Notes: generated by a model not told the origin, from the letters alone. A stretch of 64,000 bases of DNA from Cetorhinus maximus (GCF_964194155.1 NC_135916.1:1240001-1304000), one strand, 5' to 3'; shown: positions 23,319 to 37,886, counted from the stretch's first letter. Made by a program: numbers and translations.

Positions 23319-25726
23319 ATGACTAATGGGAAACAGAGCAGCAGGTTAGCATGTGGGGTGGTGGATTCAACTTCATGGAAAATTATGAAAAAACTGAAAA
23401 GAAAGGAGAGCCCAGGAGAGGCTATTAAAGTCTCCAGAACACAAAATAGGACAGAGTGTTTGGAAAGGGCTAGGAATCTAACTTCAAGCACATCAGATAA
23501 AGGGACGACAATGAGAAAGGGGACGGGAAATACAGGACTGAAGGTGTTGTATCTGAATGCACACAGTATACGAAATAAGGTAAATGAGCTTGTGGCGCAG
23601 ATTGAAATTGGCAGGTATGATCTGGTGGGCATTACGGAGACATGGCTGCAAGGGGATCAGGGCTGGGAGCTAAATATCCAAAGATATACAACCTATCGAA
23701 AAGATAGGCAGATTGGCAGAGGAGGTGGGGTTGCTTTGTTAGTAAGAAATGAAATTAAATCGATAGCAAGAAATGATGTAGGGTCAGAGGATGTAGAATC
23801 TGTGTGGTTAGAGTTGAGGAACCACAAAGGTAAAAAAAAACATAATGGGATTTATGTACAGGCCTCCGAACAGTAGTCAGGATGTGGGCCACAAGATACA
23901 CCAGGAGATAGAAAAGGCGTGTAAGAAAGGCAAGTTTACAGTGATCATGGAGGATTTCAATATGCAGGTAGAATGGGAAAATCAGCTTGGTAGTGGATCC
24001 CAAGAAAAGGAATTTGTGGAATGTCTACACGATGGCTTTTTGGAGCAGCTTGTGGTGGAGCCCACTAGGGAACAGGCAATTCTAGATTTAGTGATGTGTA
24101 ATGAGGCAGATTTGATAAGGGAGCTAAAGGTGAAGGAACCCTTAGGAGGAAGTGACCATATTATGATAGAATTTACCCTGCAATTTGAGAGGAAAAAGCT
24201 GGAATCAGATGTAACGGTATTACAGTTGAATAAAGGCAACTACAGAGGCATGAGGGAGGAGCTGGCCAGAATTGACTGGGAGATAAGCCTAGCAGGAAAG
24301 ACAGTGGAACATCAATGGTAGGAGTTTCTGGGAGTAATTTGGGAGAAAAAGCAAAAATTCATCCCTAGGAAGAAGAAGCATACTAAAGGGAGGACGAGGA
24401 AACCATGGCTGACAAGGGAAGTCCGGGACAGCATAAAAGCTGAAGAGAAAGCATACAATGCGACGAAGAGCAGTGGGAAACCAGGGGATTGGGAAGCCTA
24501 CAAAGACCAACAGAGGACAACTAAAAAAGAAATAAGGAGGGAGAAGATTAAATATGAGGGTAAACAAACAGTAATATAAAAGAAGATTGCAAAAATTTTT
24601 TTTACATATATAAAGGGCAAGAGAGAGGCAAAAGTGGATATTGGGCCGCTGGAAAATGACGCTGGAGAAGGATTAGTGGGGAACAAAGAAATGGCGGAGG
24701 AACTGAATAGGTACTTTGCGACAGTCTTCACAGTGGAAGACACGAGTGACATGCCCAAAGTTCAAGAGAGTCGGGGGACAGAGGTGAGTATGGTGGCAAT
24801 TAACAATAAGAAGGGGCTAGGAAAACTGAAAGGTCTGAAGGTGGATAAATGACCTGGACCAGATGGATTACACCCCAGAGTTCTGAAGGAGATAGCTGAA
24901 GAGATAGTGGAGGCGTTAGTGGTGATCTTTCAGTAATCACTGGACTCAGGGATGTTCCCAGAGGACTGGAAAATCGCTAATGTAACCCCCTTGTTTAAGA
25001 AGGGAGTGAGGCAAAAGTCGGGAAATTACAGGTTTAATAGCCTGACTTCGGTCATTGGTAAGATTTTAGAGTCCATTATTAAGGATGAGATTTCAGAATA
25101 CTTGGAAGTGCATGGTAAAATCGGGCAAAGTCAGCATGGTTTCATCCAAGGGAGGTCATGCCTGACAAATCTGTTAGAATACTTTGAGGAGGTAACGAGT
25201 AGGTTAGACAAAGGAGAGCCAATGGATGTTATGTACTTGGACTTCCAGAAGCCTTTGACAAGGTGCCACACAGCAATTTTGGGCCCCGTATCTCAGGAAG
25301 GATGTGCTGGCCCTGGAGAGGGTCCAGAGGAGGTTCATGAGGATGATCCCAGGAATGAAAAGCTCAACATATGAGGAACGTTTGAGGACTCTGGGTCAAT
25401 ACTCGATGGAGTTTAGAAGGATGAGGGGGGATCTGATTGAAACTTACAGAATACTGAAAGGCCTGGATAGAATTGACGTGGGGAAGATGTTTCCATTAGT
25501 AGGAGAGACTAGGACCCAAGGGCACAGCCTCAGAGTAAAGGGCAGACCTTTTAGAACAGAAATGATGAAAAACTTCTTTAGCCAGAGAGTGGTGAATCTA
25601 TGGAATTCAATGCCACAGAAGGCTGTGGAGGCCAGGCCACTGAGTGCATTTAAGACCGAGATAGATAGGTTCTTCATTGGTAAGGGAATCAAAGGTTACG
25701 GGGAGAAGGTGGGAGTATGGGGTTGA
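23319..25726 (+). pseudogene. CR1 ORF2 (APE endonuclease and RT), disrupted
   Basis: YLNAHSIRNK, ITETW, (G/E)DFN, SDH, WKIANVTPLFKKG and YLDFQK present. Stops and frameshifts throughout; the FADD region is deleted. Confidence 0.92.
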
Positions 25727-26756
25727 GAAACTTATCAGCCATGATTTAATGCGGGGCAGACTCGATGGGCCGAATGGCCTAATTTCTGCTACTATGTCTT
25801 ATGGTCTTATGATGCGCGAAAGTGCCTCCATACATAACTGGACTTCTCTGGGTGTTGAGATTGGGATAAAAGGCAATTGGTGAAATTGTGACGTCTCAGT
25901 TCAGGAGGAGCAACGTTAAAAGGGAAATCTAGAGCGACTGGGAGCAGATAATTTGTATTGTCACCAGAAATATACATCTTGATGTGAGCTATTCAGACAA
26001 TTACTTGAAATCATATATGATTGGCACTACCGCGGAATCTGCGAATCAGACTCTCTGCGGGTCCAATGCCTCAGAGTGTTTAATGTTAGCTGAATTCACA
26101 ATCGACAGCAAATAAATAGAAACCGGAGCAAGGATCGAAAAGAGAAGGAAATCTCTACCGAGACATTCACAATTGTTCATCTTGTTGCCAATGAACCTTT
26201 AAATGTGAACATTGTGTAAGAGAGTGTTTGAAGTGGGCGGGCGAGTCAGAGGATTGAAACTGTGTTTGTGTGACCGTTCTGATCAGGACATTTCCGAGTC
26301 CCGCTTAGGTAAAATAAAAATAAATTCCAAAGAAATACACCCCCTGCTCCCCAGCTTGACGCCAAAGTGAGATTTCAAGACAATTTCTTTGTTGTTTTCT
26401 AGATTTCAGACTAAATGTAGAGGACATGTCATCGATCGGGTGAAGGAGCCGCAGTTAATCGGGTTTAAATCGAAATTGGAGTCTTCAATTCGAGTGAAAT
26501 ATTTTCGACAGCGAACATTACAGTGTCAGAGATAAGAAGGATTCAGTCTGGGACACTGCAGAGCCGGAATTTCCATGGAATTGGGAAGTTTGTGAGGAGA
26601 GAAAAACACAGAGAGGCAGCAGCAGCCTGGAGCTGACAGCAGCCTGTCTCCGCCCCGTCCGCTCGCTGCCTTTAAGTTGCTCAGTGCCGCCACCAGCGGC
26701 TTCATTTCTCAGCCCGTTCACATTGACAGAGAAACTTTTGTGCAGAGTCCCGGAAC

Positions 26757-27413
26757 ATGACCGATACTGCAGCCGCCGAAACGGCTCCTCCAGCCGCTCC
26801 CGCCGCCCAGGTCAAGACTCCCAAGAAGAAGAAGAAGGCGGCTCCCCGGAGCAGTGCAGCCGGTCCCAAGCTGGGCGAGCAGATCCTCAAGGTTGTGGCG
26901 GATTGCAGCGATCGCAAGGGGATGTCGCTGCCCGCGATCAAGAAGGCGCTGCGCGGCAATGGGGTGGATGTGGAGAAACTCGGCTCCCAGATCAAGCAAA
27001 GCATCAAGAGGAATGTGAAGAATGGCTTCCTGGTTCAGGTCAAGGGCACGGGCGCCTCGGGCTCCTTCAAAGTCCCTAAGAACCCAACCCCGGGGAAAGT
27101 GGGAAAGAAGGCGAAGGCAGCAGCTGGCAAGAAATCTCCAGTGAAGAAAGCGGCAGCCAAGAAGGTGACAGCAAAGAAAGCAACGGCCAAGAAGACTCCA
27201 GTCAAGAAAGCAACGGCCAAGAAATCTCCAGTCAAGAAAGCAGCGGCCAAGAAATCCCCAGCGAAGAAAGCAGCGGCCAAGAAAACAGCCAAGAAGGCGG
27301 CAACTCCCAAAAAGCCGGTGAAGAAAGCAGCCCCCAAGAAAAAGTCTCCGGCCAAGAAGGTGACGGGCGTCAAAAAAGTGGCGATAGGGAGGGCCAAGCC
27401 CAAAACGAGATAA
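26757..27413 (+). CDS. H1: Histone H1, 218 aa (subunit B variant)
   Basis: Same as 4553..5209 apart from a few substitutions; stem-loop 27471-27486. Confidence 0.97.
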   Translation: MTDTAAAETAPPAAPAAQVKTPKKKKKAAPRSSAAGPKLGEQILKVVADCSDRKGMSLPAIKKALRGNGVDVEKLGSQIKQSIKRNVKNGFLVQVKGTGASGSFKVPKNPTPGKVGKKAKAAAGKKSPVKKAAAKKVTAKKATAKKTPVKKATAKKSPVKKAAAKKSPAKKAAAKKTAKKAATPKKPVKKAAPKKKSPAKKVTGVKKVAIGRAKPKTR

Positions 27414-27470
27414 GCAAAGACAGGAAAGAAGGGAAAGATCCCGAGCAAATTGTAAACCTCTGAACCCAAA

Positions 27471-27486
27471 GGCTCTTTTCAGAGCC
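27471..27486 (+). terminator. Histone 3' stem-loop (H1)
   Basis: GGCTCT TTTC AGAGCC ACCCA. Confidence 0.95.
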
Positions 27487-28267
27487 ACCCACATTTCACA
27501 TGAAAGACCTGATCCCCTGATCATTTGATCCCTGTCTCCGCGCCGTGAGCTGATTTCAGGTGGAAATGTTTTATTTTCCTGTAAATCCAGTATTCCCGCT
27601 GAATCACTGAAATGCACTTCAGCCGCACTTCCACTCCCTCCCCCAACTCCGACTCTCATTCCTGCAATAACACACATCGATATCCTTTCCGATTAGTATC
27701 CAAGGTGTGTCCGAGAGCACTTAATGTTTATCTTCCTTTATTCACATTTTCAGGGTGGGAGTCTACAATAGAGAAACCAGGTGTAAAGGAAACTCCTCAC
27801 AGCTGACACCAAAACCCATTATTTTCTCTCATTCGGTTGGGAGAGATGTTGGCAAAATTCCCAATCATAGGAGGGGAGTTGTGGGTGGGGATGGAATTGG
27901 AGCTGGGGTTGAAATCGAAGCAGAATTTGACTCGTATGGAAAGTTTATTATTGAGGCGGAAATGATCCGGACAAGACGATGTTTAATAGATTCGAGTTAG
28001 TAATTAGCTGCTTCATGATATTCAAGTGTGTAAGTTCTGTTCAAAGCGTCTGTTCAATTCCCTTTAGAATTGGACAAAATACAATTCTGTTTCTGGCAGG
28101 CAGGAGGAGGAGCTGGTTTACCAAAGACGTTGTTCTGTCTGTCACTCAGTCTCTCCCGCCCCGCCTCTCTCACACACACTCTCTCCGTTCCTCAGTTAGG
28201 TCGGGGCGGGCTGTATTAAAGCGGAACGTGAAGCAGCTCCCAACTCTTTCAGCAGCGATTTGACTGA

Positions 28268-28588
<321 letters not shown>

Positions 28589-28621
28589 ACAAATCGACCC
28601 GACTCTCTAACAAAACCCAAA

Positions 28622-28637
28622 GGCTCTTCTAAGAGCC
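28622..28637 (+). terminator. Histone 3' stem-loop (H4)
   Basis: GGCTCT TCTA AGAGCC. Confidence 0.93.
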
Positions 28638-29743
28638 GCCCACAACCTCACATTGAGAGCAGTGACTTCTGAAGGGGGAGAGGGGAAAATAAATCTTTGT
28701 ATGTTTTTATTAAGAGGCACTGCTTTGCCACCAATGCATCCTCTTCTCACAATACCATCGTGAGTCCCCAAAATGCCTTGGTTTAATTTAAATCAGTTTT
28801 CACGAATTACCGTTCTTTCTACCCGAGGACCACGGCTGTACCCAATGTAACGTCGAATTTCATCAGGAGAAACTATTCTTAAACCTTTTATTCCCCCTTC
28901 GTCGCTCAAATATTATTCATTTATTTTTCCCCATCGGTTTCTGTTCCTGGGTCTTTGACGCATGACAGGACCTGGGCGGTACCAGCTTTATATGGATCAG
29001 CCTGTATCGATTCAGCATGTCTGAACAGAGCTTTATCCTGGCCTGTCGCTGAACAATCAGATAAAGAATCCGAACTCAAGACGGGTTATAAGGCAGACAT
29101 TGACTGGCTCTTGCTGCCGATTATATTCAGATCAGATTTTACAGCAGCCATGAATCAGACCAATATCGATTTACAGACTTGAAAAATAAAACTACCCTAA
29201 ATCACCTCTATTCTGCAACACGGGCCGAACAGAAGGTTTGAACAGATAGCTGTTTGATGGCCGCCCAGGACACGATGGACTGTTTCTATGTTGTACAACT
29301 TTATTTCTCTATCAGAAGGGAAAACTCTGCTTTTGGCGCTCGGTTTGGACTATACTAAACATGCATTTCGGAATAATTGTGGAAGAGAGTTTGAATGAAA
29401 GTGGGGTATTGGGTAAATCCATTAAATTGAGGTCCACCGGGCAAGGGCACATGGTTGTGATGTACAGTCAAAGGCAAAATGTTATTCAAACGCAACACAT
29501 AATGAAGCCGGAATGAGAGAGGGATGCAGTTTCCGCCAGTTCATTTTACCTAACACGATAATTAGAACATAATCGTTAATCAATGTAAATTTCGACAGAT
29601 ACACGGTTTAAATAAACGGTCGGCAAGCCCTCCTCCCCCATAAAGACCCCACCGCGCACCCTTTCACCAGCAGAAACAGGAATCACACCATTTTCTCTTT
29701 AACATCTATAGCGCGTTGACATTAAAATACCGAGTCGGTTGAT

Positions 29744-30010
29744 GAGGTTTCGATGTGAGTGCCCAAATTTCCCCCATCAATAGGAGTTTAATTCCGCCCT
29801 GTTGTAAACCGATCAGGGAAAGAATGAGAATTTAATCCACGTTCCAAAGCAGGAAGTCGGAGCCTGGTTAATTTAAACCGTTATTGTTCTTGAGGTTTAC
29901 ATGTGTCCGAAAAATTTTCGCCCATCAATAGGAGGCTTATTCCAGCCCGTTATCAACCGAGCAGGGAATGAATGAGAATTTAATCCGAGTTCCAAAGACA
30001 GGAAGTTGTA
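29744..30010 (+). repeat. Local ~148-bp tandem duplication of the H3 upstream conserved block
   Basis: CCATCAATAGGAG...AGAATTTAATCC...GGAAGT at 29774 and 29922; single copy at about 7857, 10708 and 48459. Confidence 0.8.
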
Positions 30011-30278
30011 TCCGGGTGAAAAATGGGGCGCACAGACATCGAGGTTTTATGATATTTTTATATTTTGAGATTGAATTTATCTGCCTTCAAACTCGGTTTA
30101 ATTAATTTCCTTTTTACTTGTTCCGATGAAATTGGCGGGCTTTTTGAAATTGATTGATTGTCAATTACTGCCCCACCAATCAGATTCTTGGCGACCATCC
30201 CTCTATTCGAACGTTGCCAGGGGGAAGTGGAGTTGACCAATCAGGGCAAGTGGGCGTTCCCCATAAGGTCTTAAATAG

Positions 30279-30746
<468 letters not shown>

Positions 30747-30789
30747 ACTGAACCCTACCCGACTCTAGACTTACACCGAAAACCACAAA

Positions 30790-30805
30790 GGCTCTTTTAA
30801 GAGCC
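30790..30805 (+). terminator. Histone 3' stem-loop (H3)
   Basis: GGCTCT TTTA AGAGCC ACCAA, then GAAAGAGCTG. Confidence 0.95.
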
Positions 30806-31063
30806 ACCAAGTCGGTCAGAGAAAGAGCTGCGATCTATTGTTAAAAGACGCCACCTCTTCTGCATATAATTTCCATTTTTTTTCACCCTATACCTTTCCT
30901 TTGCTACCTTTGTTGGGCTTTGGAGAGACGGTCATTTTATTATTCCAGGAACGTTTTCCCAAGTAGTGACAATTAAGGAAAACACACATCCCATTGGCTT
31001 CTGCACATTATCAGTCAGATCTCTGTTTGAGTGACCAATGTGGAGGATCCACGCATTCACTCA

Positions 31064-31250
31064 TTTTATACCTTCGGGAGGAATGGCGGTGCGATCAATG
31101 CTTATTGGTCCATTTTATTACAGCTGCTAATGTTCTTCCTATTACCAATCAGATCCCTGCATGATTCACCAACGTGGAGACGTCACGTGGTTGACGTCCG
31201 AAAGTAATGGCGCCAAATCGTCAGTTACCGACCCATTATATATTTCAAAT
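31064..31250. promoter_or_regulatory. Orphan H2A promoter (H2A CDS and stem-loop absent)
   Basis: Aligns to 12498-12685: TTTTATAC, GGAGGAATGG, ATTGG, CCAAT, GGCGCCAAA 31209-31217, ATTATATATTTCAAA. Confidence 0.8.
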
Positions 31251-33439
31251 TTGCAAGACCGCCAAAAAAATACGGCACAAAAATCGTAATAGCTAATTCC
31301 CTTTTTAAATTATAACAATGCGCGATTCACCCAATTCTCTCCATCTTTTGGACATCCTACAGTTTACCTGTATCTGTTAGTTGCTGACTTTTGAGTGCGG
31401 AGTTTCATGTCTCTGACATGAAGCAGAAATTAAAGGCGCCAATTTTGCAGGAACCGAGCCTTTGTTATATTGAACATTGAAAAGCCCGACGAAACGTGTG
31501 TAAAACGAATAATTAATTTGATACAGAATATTGCCTTAACATATAACACAGTCATTTCCATAGTTTAAAAGATTGGTCTCCCTTATTGCACTATATCATA
31601 TTTGATCACAAGCCCCAAATTGGCTATTAAAATCCGGAATCCATTCGGGTTTAATCTCGGACCGTTTTTCCAGTCCTCTTACTCTATGTTCAACAGATTC
31701 TGGCATGTGAATATGGGTTTTTTTAGGACTCTCTGCACCTTGTATATCATTGTCCATTCTTTGAATATGATGCTCACTTTTCAACTTTTTAATGTAGCAT
31801 GTGAACATGGATTTTAATCAGGACTTATCAGTTGTTGACTGTGTATAAGTGTCATATTCCTTCTGTATGTATCAGCCTCTGGTGCTGTGTATGAATCTTG
31901 CTAACCTTTGTTATGTGCCTGTTGTGGTTCTGGAAATGGCTGCAGAATTAATACTCTAAATGTAAATTTTGGACACTGTGGGCATTGAATTCGTTTTTTT
32001 CTTTCACCATATCTGTTAAGAATTGATGAATTGTGTGTTTTATTATGTGTTTTCACTTAGTTGAGTACTGTGATAGAGTTGAATTAATCCTGTACCCACC
32101 AGTGTGTTGCATTGTATGTGGATGAATACATTTTGCCCTCTGTGTAGGACTCTGTACTGCTATGTATGGAAGAGTGCATTCATTCTATCTGCAATATTTT
32201 CTGGTACTATCCGTGAGAGAGGGATTCCATCTGAATCTGTCAATATCTGGAACTAAATGTGAGAATGAAGTTGATACGGATCCAGCCAAGCTGTTTGTGA
32301 GCAATATTTTTTTGTGTGTCATTCAATCTGGGCAATTTTATGTCATTGTGGGTTTTTGGCTCTGCGTCCTTAAGACTTTTCTAAAAAGATTTGTGTATGT
32401 CTGTGGCTCCTGCTCTCCATTTAATTCCCTGCTACTCTGTATGTGGTTGAATAATGCATTGCTTCCCAATGTATTGTTAGTTTCTTGCTCTATATTTATT
32501 AGTCACTTAAATTGATGGAGTGTGTACTCACTCATTTAGCTGACAGTGAGTGTGATTCATTCAAATTATCCCTGTATCTGCTACTGCATGGGAATGTGCC
32601 ACTCTCTGCATGTCTTTCAGTGCCTGGTACAATGCATGATTTTGGGATTAAATTGTACATGACAGCGTCCGGTAAGGTATGTGTTTGTGGAATTATTTCT
32701 ATAATGTTATGGCCTCTATGATTCTATATGAATGAGATTATTTTGGTATACTTCAGTTTCAGGTAGGCTAAGTGAATGTGGGGTTCATTATTTATCTTTC
32801 AGCCTTGGTGCTTTCCAAGAGTAAGTGCTAAGGGTAAACAAGAAGTGTTCAGAGAACTTACATTATGATTCTTAGTGAGAATATTGATATGGCACGTGTT
32901 GTGTATTAAGGTCTGTATTCATTAAAATTATATTTTACCTTTATTTCAGATATTGTATGAGATCTTTGGTGTGGAATTTAATATGTTGTTCTGTGGGGCG
33001 TCTGGGTACATTCTTAGCTTCACATATACAGCTGATTGAAATGCACAGATTTAATGCTAAGACTCCACTCTTGTGAAAGGAATGGATTGTCTTGCAATCT
33101 GAAAATGTTTTTGGATAAGATTGATGGGCCTACCATTCTGTGACAATCAATGAGTGTGAATTGGGGATAATATTCTGTCTCCCCTGTCGTGTTTGAATGT
33201 TGTATTGAACATGTCTGCCCATTTTTGGTTTAACCTATAACATGGGTTCTACCAATGTTATAGCCATAGGTTATATTCTGTAGTTGCATCGGAGTTCAAG
33301 AATGGTACTCAATTTGTAGCTCTGTGAAAACAATTGTGAATAGCTACATCCCCTTCAATCAACTATATAGCCTCACATGTAATTGATGCAGTTTGTAGTC
33401 AAGGAATTACCATTGTACCTTTATTCATGCAGAGCTTTT

Positions 33440-33920
33440 CATAGAATCACAGAATCACACAGTGCAGAAGAGGTCCTTCAGCCCATCGAGTCTGCAACAA
33501 CACGTGAGAAACACCTGACCTACCTACCTAATCCCATTTACCAGCACTTGGCCCATAGCCTTGAATGTGATGATGTGCCAAGTGCTCATCCAAGTACATT
33601 TTAAAGGATGTGAGGCAACCCGCCTCCACCACCCTCCCAGGCAGCGCATTCCAAACCGTCACCACCCTCTGGGTAAAAATTTGTTCCTCACATCCTTCAT
33701 AAACCTCTTGCCCCTCACCTTGAACTTACGCCCCCTCGTGACTGACTCTTCAGCCAAGGGGAACAGCTGCTCCCTATCCACCCTGTCCATGCCCCTCATA
33801 ATCTTGTACACCTCGATCAGGTCGCCCCTCAGTCTTCTCTGCTCCAACGAAAACAACCCAAGCCTATCCAACCTCTCTTCATAACTTCAATGTTTCATCC
33901 CAGGCAACATCCTGGTGAAT
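33440..33920 (-). mobile_element. CR1 LINE 3' fragment
   Basis: ORF 33659..33871 (DRLGLFSLEQRRLRGDLIEVYKIM); same subfamily as 2945-3420. Confidence 0.9.
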
Positions 33921-35411
33921 ATTTTGTTAGACTGCTATGAAATATATAGCCCTGTCTAAATTCTGAGGCACTGCTTTGCATTTTATTAAGTACCTTACAG
34001 TGAGCTATCTTATTTTCTGTTCTGGCTAAGAGCAGTTAAATAATATCTGATGAGAATGAAAGAGTGAATATGATATTTGTTGTGTATTCTGTTAATCCTT
34101 TGATATTCTGCTGGATTAGATGCTAGATGGATATATAAAGCAAGTTAATGAAGACTCACCGGATCTGTTTGTCTCTTGGATTGAACAGTTGTCTCTTCCC
34201 TTTGAAACAGTGTGGGAATGAATGATTATTTATTTGTGACAGTGGACATAATGACCTGGCAGCATCTCTGTTCTCTGTGAGCGATGCTGCACCTACCTTG
34301 TGTTGGAACAAGCTCACTTTTCATCTTGCTTATGTTATAACTTTTATAGTTATCACTATTATGTATCCACCTTAGTTACTAGCCTCATCTGTCAATGCAT
34401 AGCATTGTTTGTGAGCTGAGATTTGTTCACTTCTTTTTAAATTGATCCTTTCAACCATTTTATGTTTACTATTGTTTCCACTCCATATTAATTTATTAAT
34501 TTGCAGGCCTGTACTATTATTTGAGTAATGTTTCCATTTTAAAAAATGAGGCTGAATTTCACTTTCATAACACATGGGTGATAAGATTATTTTGTCATCT
34601 TATTTGAATTAGGATCCCCTTCTTTTCTGCAATTAATTCTATGAATTGCATGTAAAGTCACTGGGATACATTTAGGTATTTTAACCTGTATCAAATATAT
34701 TTTTTTCTCTGGAATGGAAGTGTGATGTTGGTCTGTAACTCTCAGGCTGTATTTGCAATTACACTGCACGTTAATTTTGTTGTGAGTGAATGACTTTTTA
34801 AAAAATCCATCCATGTCTTTTTTTTTTAGCATAAGATGTGTTTCATTCTCTATTTTCCAGTTTTCTTTTAGATAATGAGTGTAAGTTCTGTATAATTGTG
34901 TGCATTTTCAGGTATGTGAGTATGATTAGTTTTTCTCCTCCAGTTGTATTTATTAATTTCTCAGAGGCTAAAATGTGACTTTGCCATGGTACCTGTCAGT
35001 TACTGGTAAGTGAGTGCTGGTGTTACACTGTCCCTGTGAATATCTGGTGTATGAGCATTACTTTGTAGCACTTCATTACTTGCAAGTGACTTTTTTTTCT
35101 CCCTCTATCTGTCAGTTTGTGGCATGTGAGTTTGAATGTGTGTGTTGGGCTTACTTGGCATTTGACTGTTTTGTTATGTGTCTGCTAAGTTAATGTGAAT
35201 ATACACTTTTTTTTTCAGTTTTTAAAATGTAAACATATGTTTGAGTCTTATTCCCGGTCTCTGACATGAAAATGAGGAAATACCATAAATGTTTCAGATT
35301 TTTTTTCTGTATGTGTCACATATATTCTTTAATCATTCGTCTCTTGTAAAGAAATTCTAAGATTTACTCAGATTCTCTCAGTAAAGTTATGTCATTGTGT
35401 GATTGTTGAAC

Positions 35412-35560
35412 TGTGTGTGAGCCTGTCTGTGTGTGTGCGCCTGTATGTGTGTGTGCACCTGTCTGTGTGTGTGCGTGCCTGTCTGTGTATGCGCCTGTCT
35501 GTGTGTGCACCTGTCTGTGTGTGTGCGCCTGTCTGTATGTATGGGTGTGTGTGCCTGTTT
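35412..35560. repeat. TG-rich minisatellite, ~18-bp unit CCTGTCTGTGTGTGTGCG
   Basis: Direct inspection; occupies the position of the A-subunit microsatellite. Confidence 0.85.
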
Positions 35561-36125
35561 ATGCTCCTTTTGTCTCTCTTATGTGTGAATGGACTTTTCT
35601 CTCTATCTGTCATTTTTCAATATGTACTTGTGCATATTGACTGGCACTCACAAGTATCTGGCATGGTGTTAAAGGCTAATTTTGTACATATCCTGTTTTA
35701 GCCTTTCTCTTAGGATAGCCTTGGCTTTAAGTTGTAATATTCGGCTTCTGGTATGGAAGTGCACATTTTACCTGTACCTGACCCTTTTAGATATGAGATT
35801 CTGGTACTGAAATTGTCTGCTCGTTTCTAGCCTCTGATGTGAGCATGATTTTTACTTTTGTTAAAGTTAGCATTTTTAATGAGACTCTGCATTTACTGTG
35901 AATTTCAGTATCTGATCTACGATTGTGGATTTTAATCAGTCCTGATTTGTTTCTGTTTGGGATTGATATCTCTGTTATAGGAGTGATATATTCCATTCTG
36001 TTATTGTCTCTTTCTAATGAGGTGAACGATCCTTTTTGATCAGAATCTGTTTAATTTGGTGCCTGAATATGGGATTTGCTTTGCAATTGTCAGATTTTGA
36101 CATGAAGGAATGTTTATAATCTGTA

Positions 36126-36362
36126 GCAAAAGCAAAAACAAAATATCTACAGGTGGATTCTTGAAATCTCAAGAAAAAGGAAACACAATTGCTGGGAATA
36201 CTGAGCAGGCCAGACAACATTTGTGGAGACAGGAGCTGAATTACCCTCCACCTGAAAATTCTGATATCTGAAAAGGTCATTGAACTGTCATGTTCACTCT
36301 CATCCTTTCTCCACAGGTGTTGGCTTCCTTGCTGAGTATTTCCTGCATTGTTGGTGTTTCTT
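36126..36362. mobile_element. Ancient palindromic element, orthologous to 18232-18460
   Basis: GCTGGGAATACTGAGCAGG...CTTGCTGAGTATTTCCTGC. Confidence 0.65.
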
Positions 36363-36704
36363 CCTCCCCCTGTACGTGTTAATTTCCAACAAGTGAATAT
36401 GGCATCACTGATCACCTGCCAATGTCTGACAAATATGTTTCACTTCTATTCTGACAGGGTTTCAATGTACAATTTGGTGTGCGTGTGTGCACATGTGCAT
36501 GTTTCTAGAATGGAAGAAATTTATTTTTTCTGCACTTTACATAGAATGCTATGCGAATGTCAGTTCACCCTGTATCTGTCACTTTTTAACATGTTACTAT
36601 GAGTCTTATTCTTTACCTGTCTATGAATGGGGATTTTAAAATGCACCTAGTTATTTGCTGCTGTGTGACTTTTTTCTTTTATAGATGTTTGGAATTAATT
36701 ATGG

Positions 36705-36960
36705 GTTTTTAAAAAAAATATATACTTTATTCAAAAATTATCTGAAAGAACATTTCTAAATCGCCATCACAAAAAGTGCAATCAGATTCAACTTTTACAC
36801 ATGGATCAAGAGTTGCTTCAATACAATCAATGAATATTACAATCAATTCAATATGGTCATTACAGGCAGTCAGACAGCGCAATGATATTGGAGTTATCAA
36901 CATACATCATGTTGCACTTTTGAGGTGTTTCAATACTATTACTATTCAGTGCAGATATTT
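36705..36960 (-). mobile_element. Probable non-LTR (L1/Tx1-like) 3' UTR fragment
   Basis: A/C-rich island that reverses the local strand skew; minus strand ends TGAATAAAGTATATATTTTTTTTAAAAA. Not seen in A. Confidence 0.5.
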
Positions 36961-37886
36961 TTTTGTGAGCCGTACAGCTTTACTCTGGGAATTTAACTCT
37001 CTGTAATGCACTTGTGGCTATTACTCTGCACCTGCCAGTGCCTGACATGTGAGGATGCATTTTGCATTCACTGTTGCTGACATGTAAAGCAAATTTTACT
37101 ACTTAACTCTCAGTTACTGGTATATAGATGTGCAGATTTTATTCTGTATCTGTAATTCTGTGATATGTCAGTTTGATTCATTTTCCTGTTGTTTGGCTCA
37201 GGGTCAGAAATATGAGCATGGAAAAAAAATATGTTGAAACACTTAGGCTATTTTAAATGAATGAGAATTTAATTATTTGCTTTCAATCCCCAGAATGAGA
37301 ATGTGCCCTATGCTTATCATATTCTTGTATGTGAGTATTGTCTTTCCTCCAGGTCTGTATGCACCTTGTAGGTCATGGTCGGTTTTGCTGTGAACATGTC
37401 AGCCTGTATTACTTGATTGTGATGTTCACATTGCAGCTTTCAATTTAGTGTGTGAGCATGGACCATTCGCTCCCTCCCCCCAACCCCTCAACCCAAACCT
37501 ACAGATTTTGATGCATGTTCATGTGTGATTTTACCGTAGCTATCAACGTCTGCTTTCTGGGTATCCATTTTCTTCCTATTTTTAAAATTCTGTTATGGGA
37601 AACTTGATTTTATTCTACACCTCTCTATCGCTGGTATGTGTCTGTGGTTTTACAATGTAAGCATCTGCCCCTGTCATGGGAATTCAGGTTTCTTCTGTAT
37701 CTGTCAGTCTCTCCTACGACAGTGCTGTAATGTTATTTGCCGTACTTGTCAATATCTGCTTTGTCAGTTAAGGTTTAACCTATCTTGTTTGTAGAGATCT
37801 GTTGATATAACTATTAGTGAGTATATTGCCTGGCACGTGATGTGTATGTGTGTCTGTCTTAATGAATATGTACTTTATCATTATCA

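Larger units (their letters stand above)
21823..25810 (+). mobile_element. Near full-length CR1 LINE, inactivated, with 609-bp internal deletion
   Basis: GATG flanks both ends (21819-21822, 25811-25814); 3' tail TATGTCTTATGGTCTTAT; ORF1 and ORF2 remnants; empty site visible in the B spacer near 2737. Confidence 0.93.

Noticed and set aside
35392-35701. Cys/Val- or His/Thr-rich ORFs
   Set aside because: Translations of the TG minisatellite.
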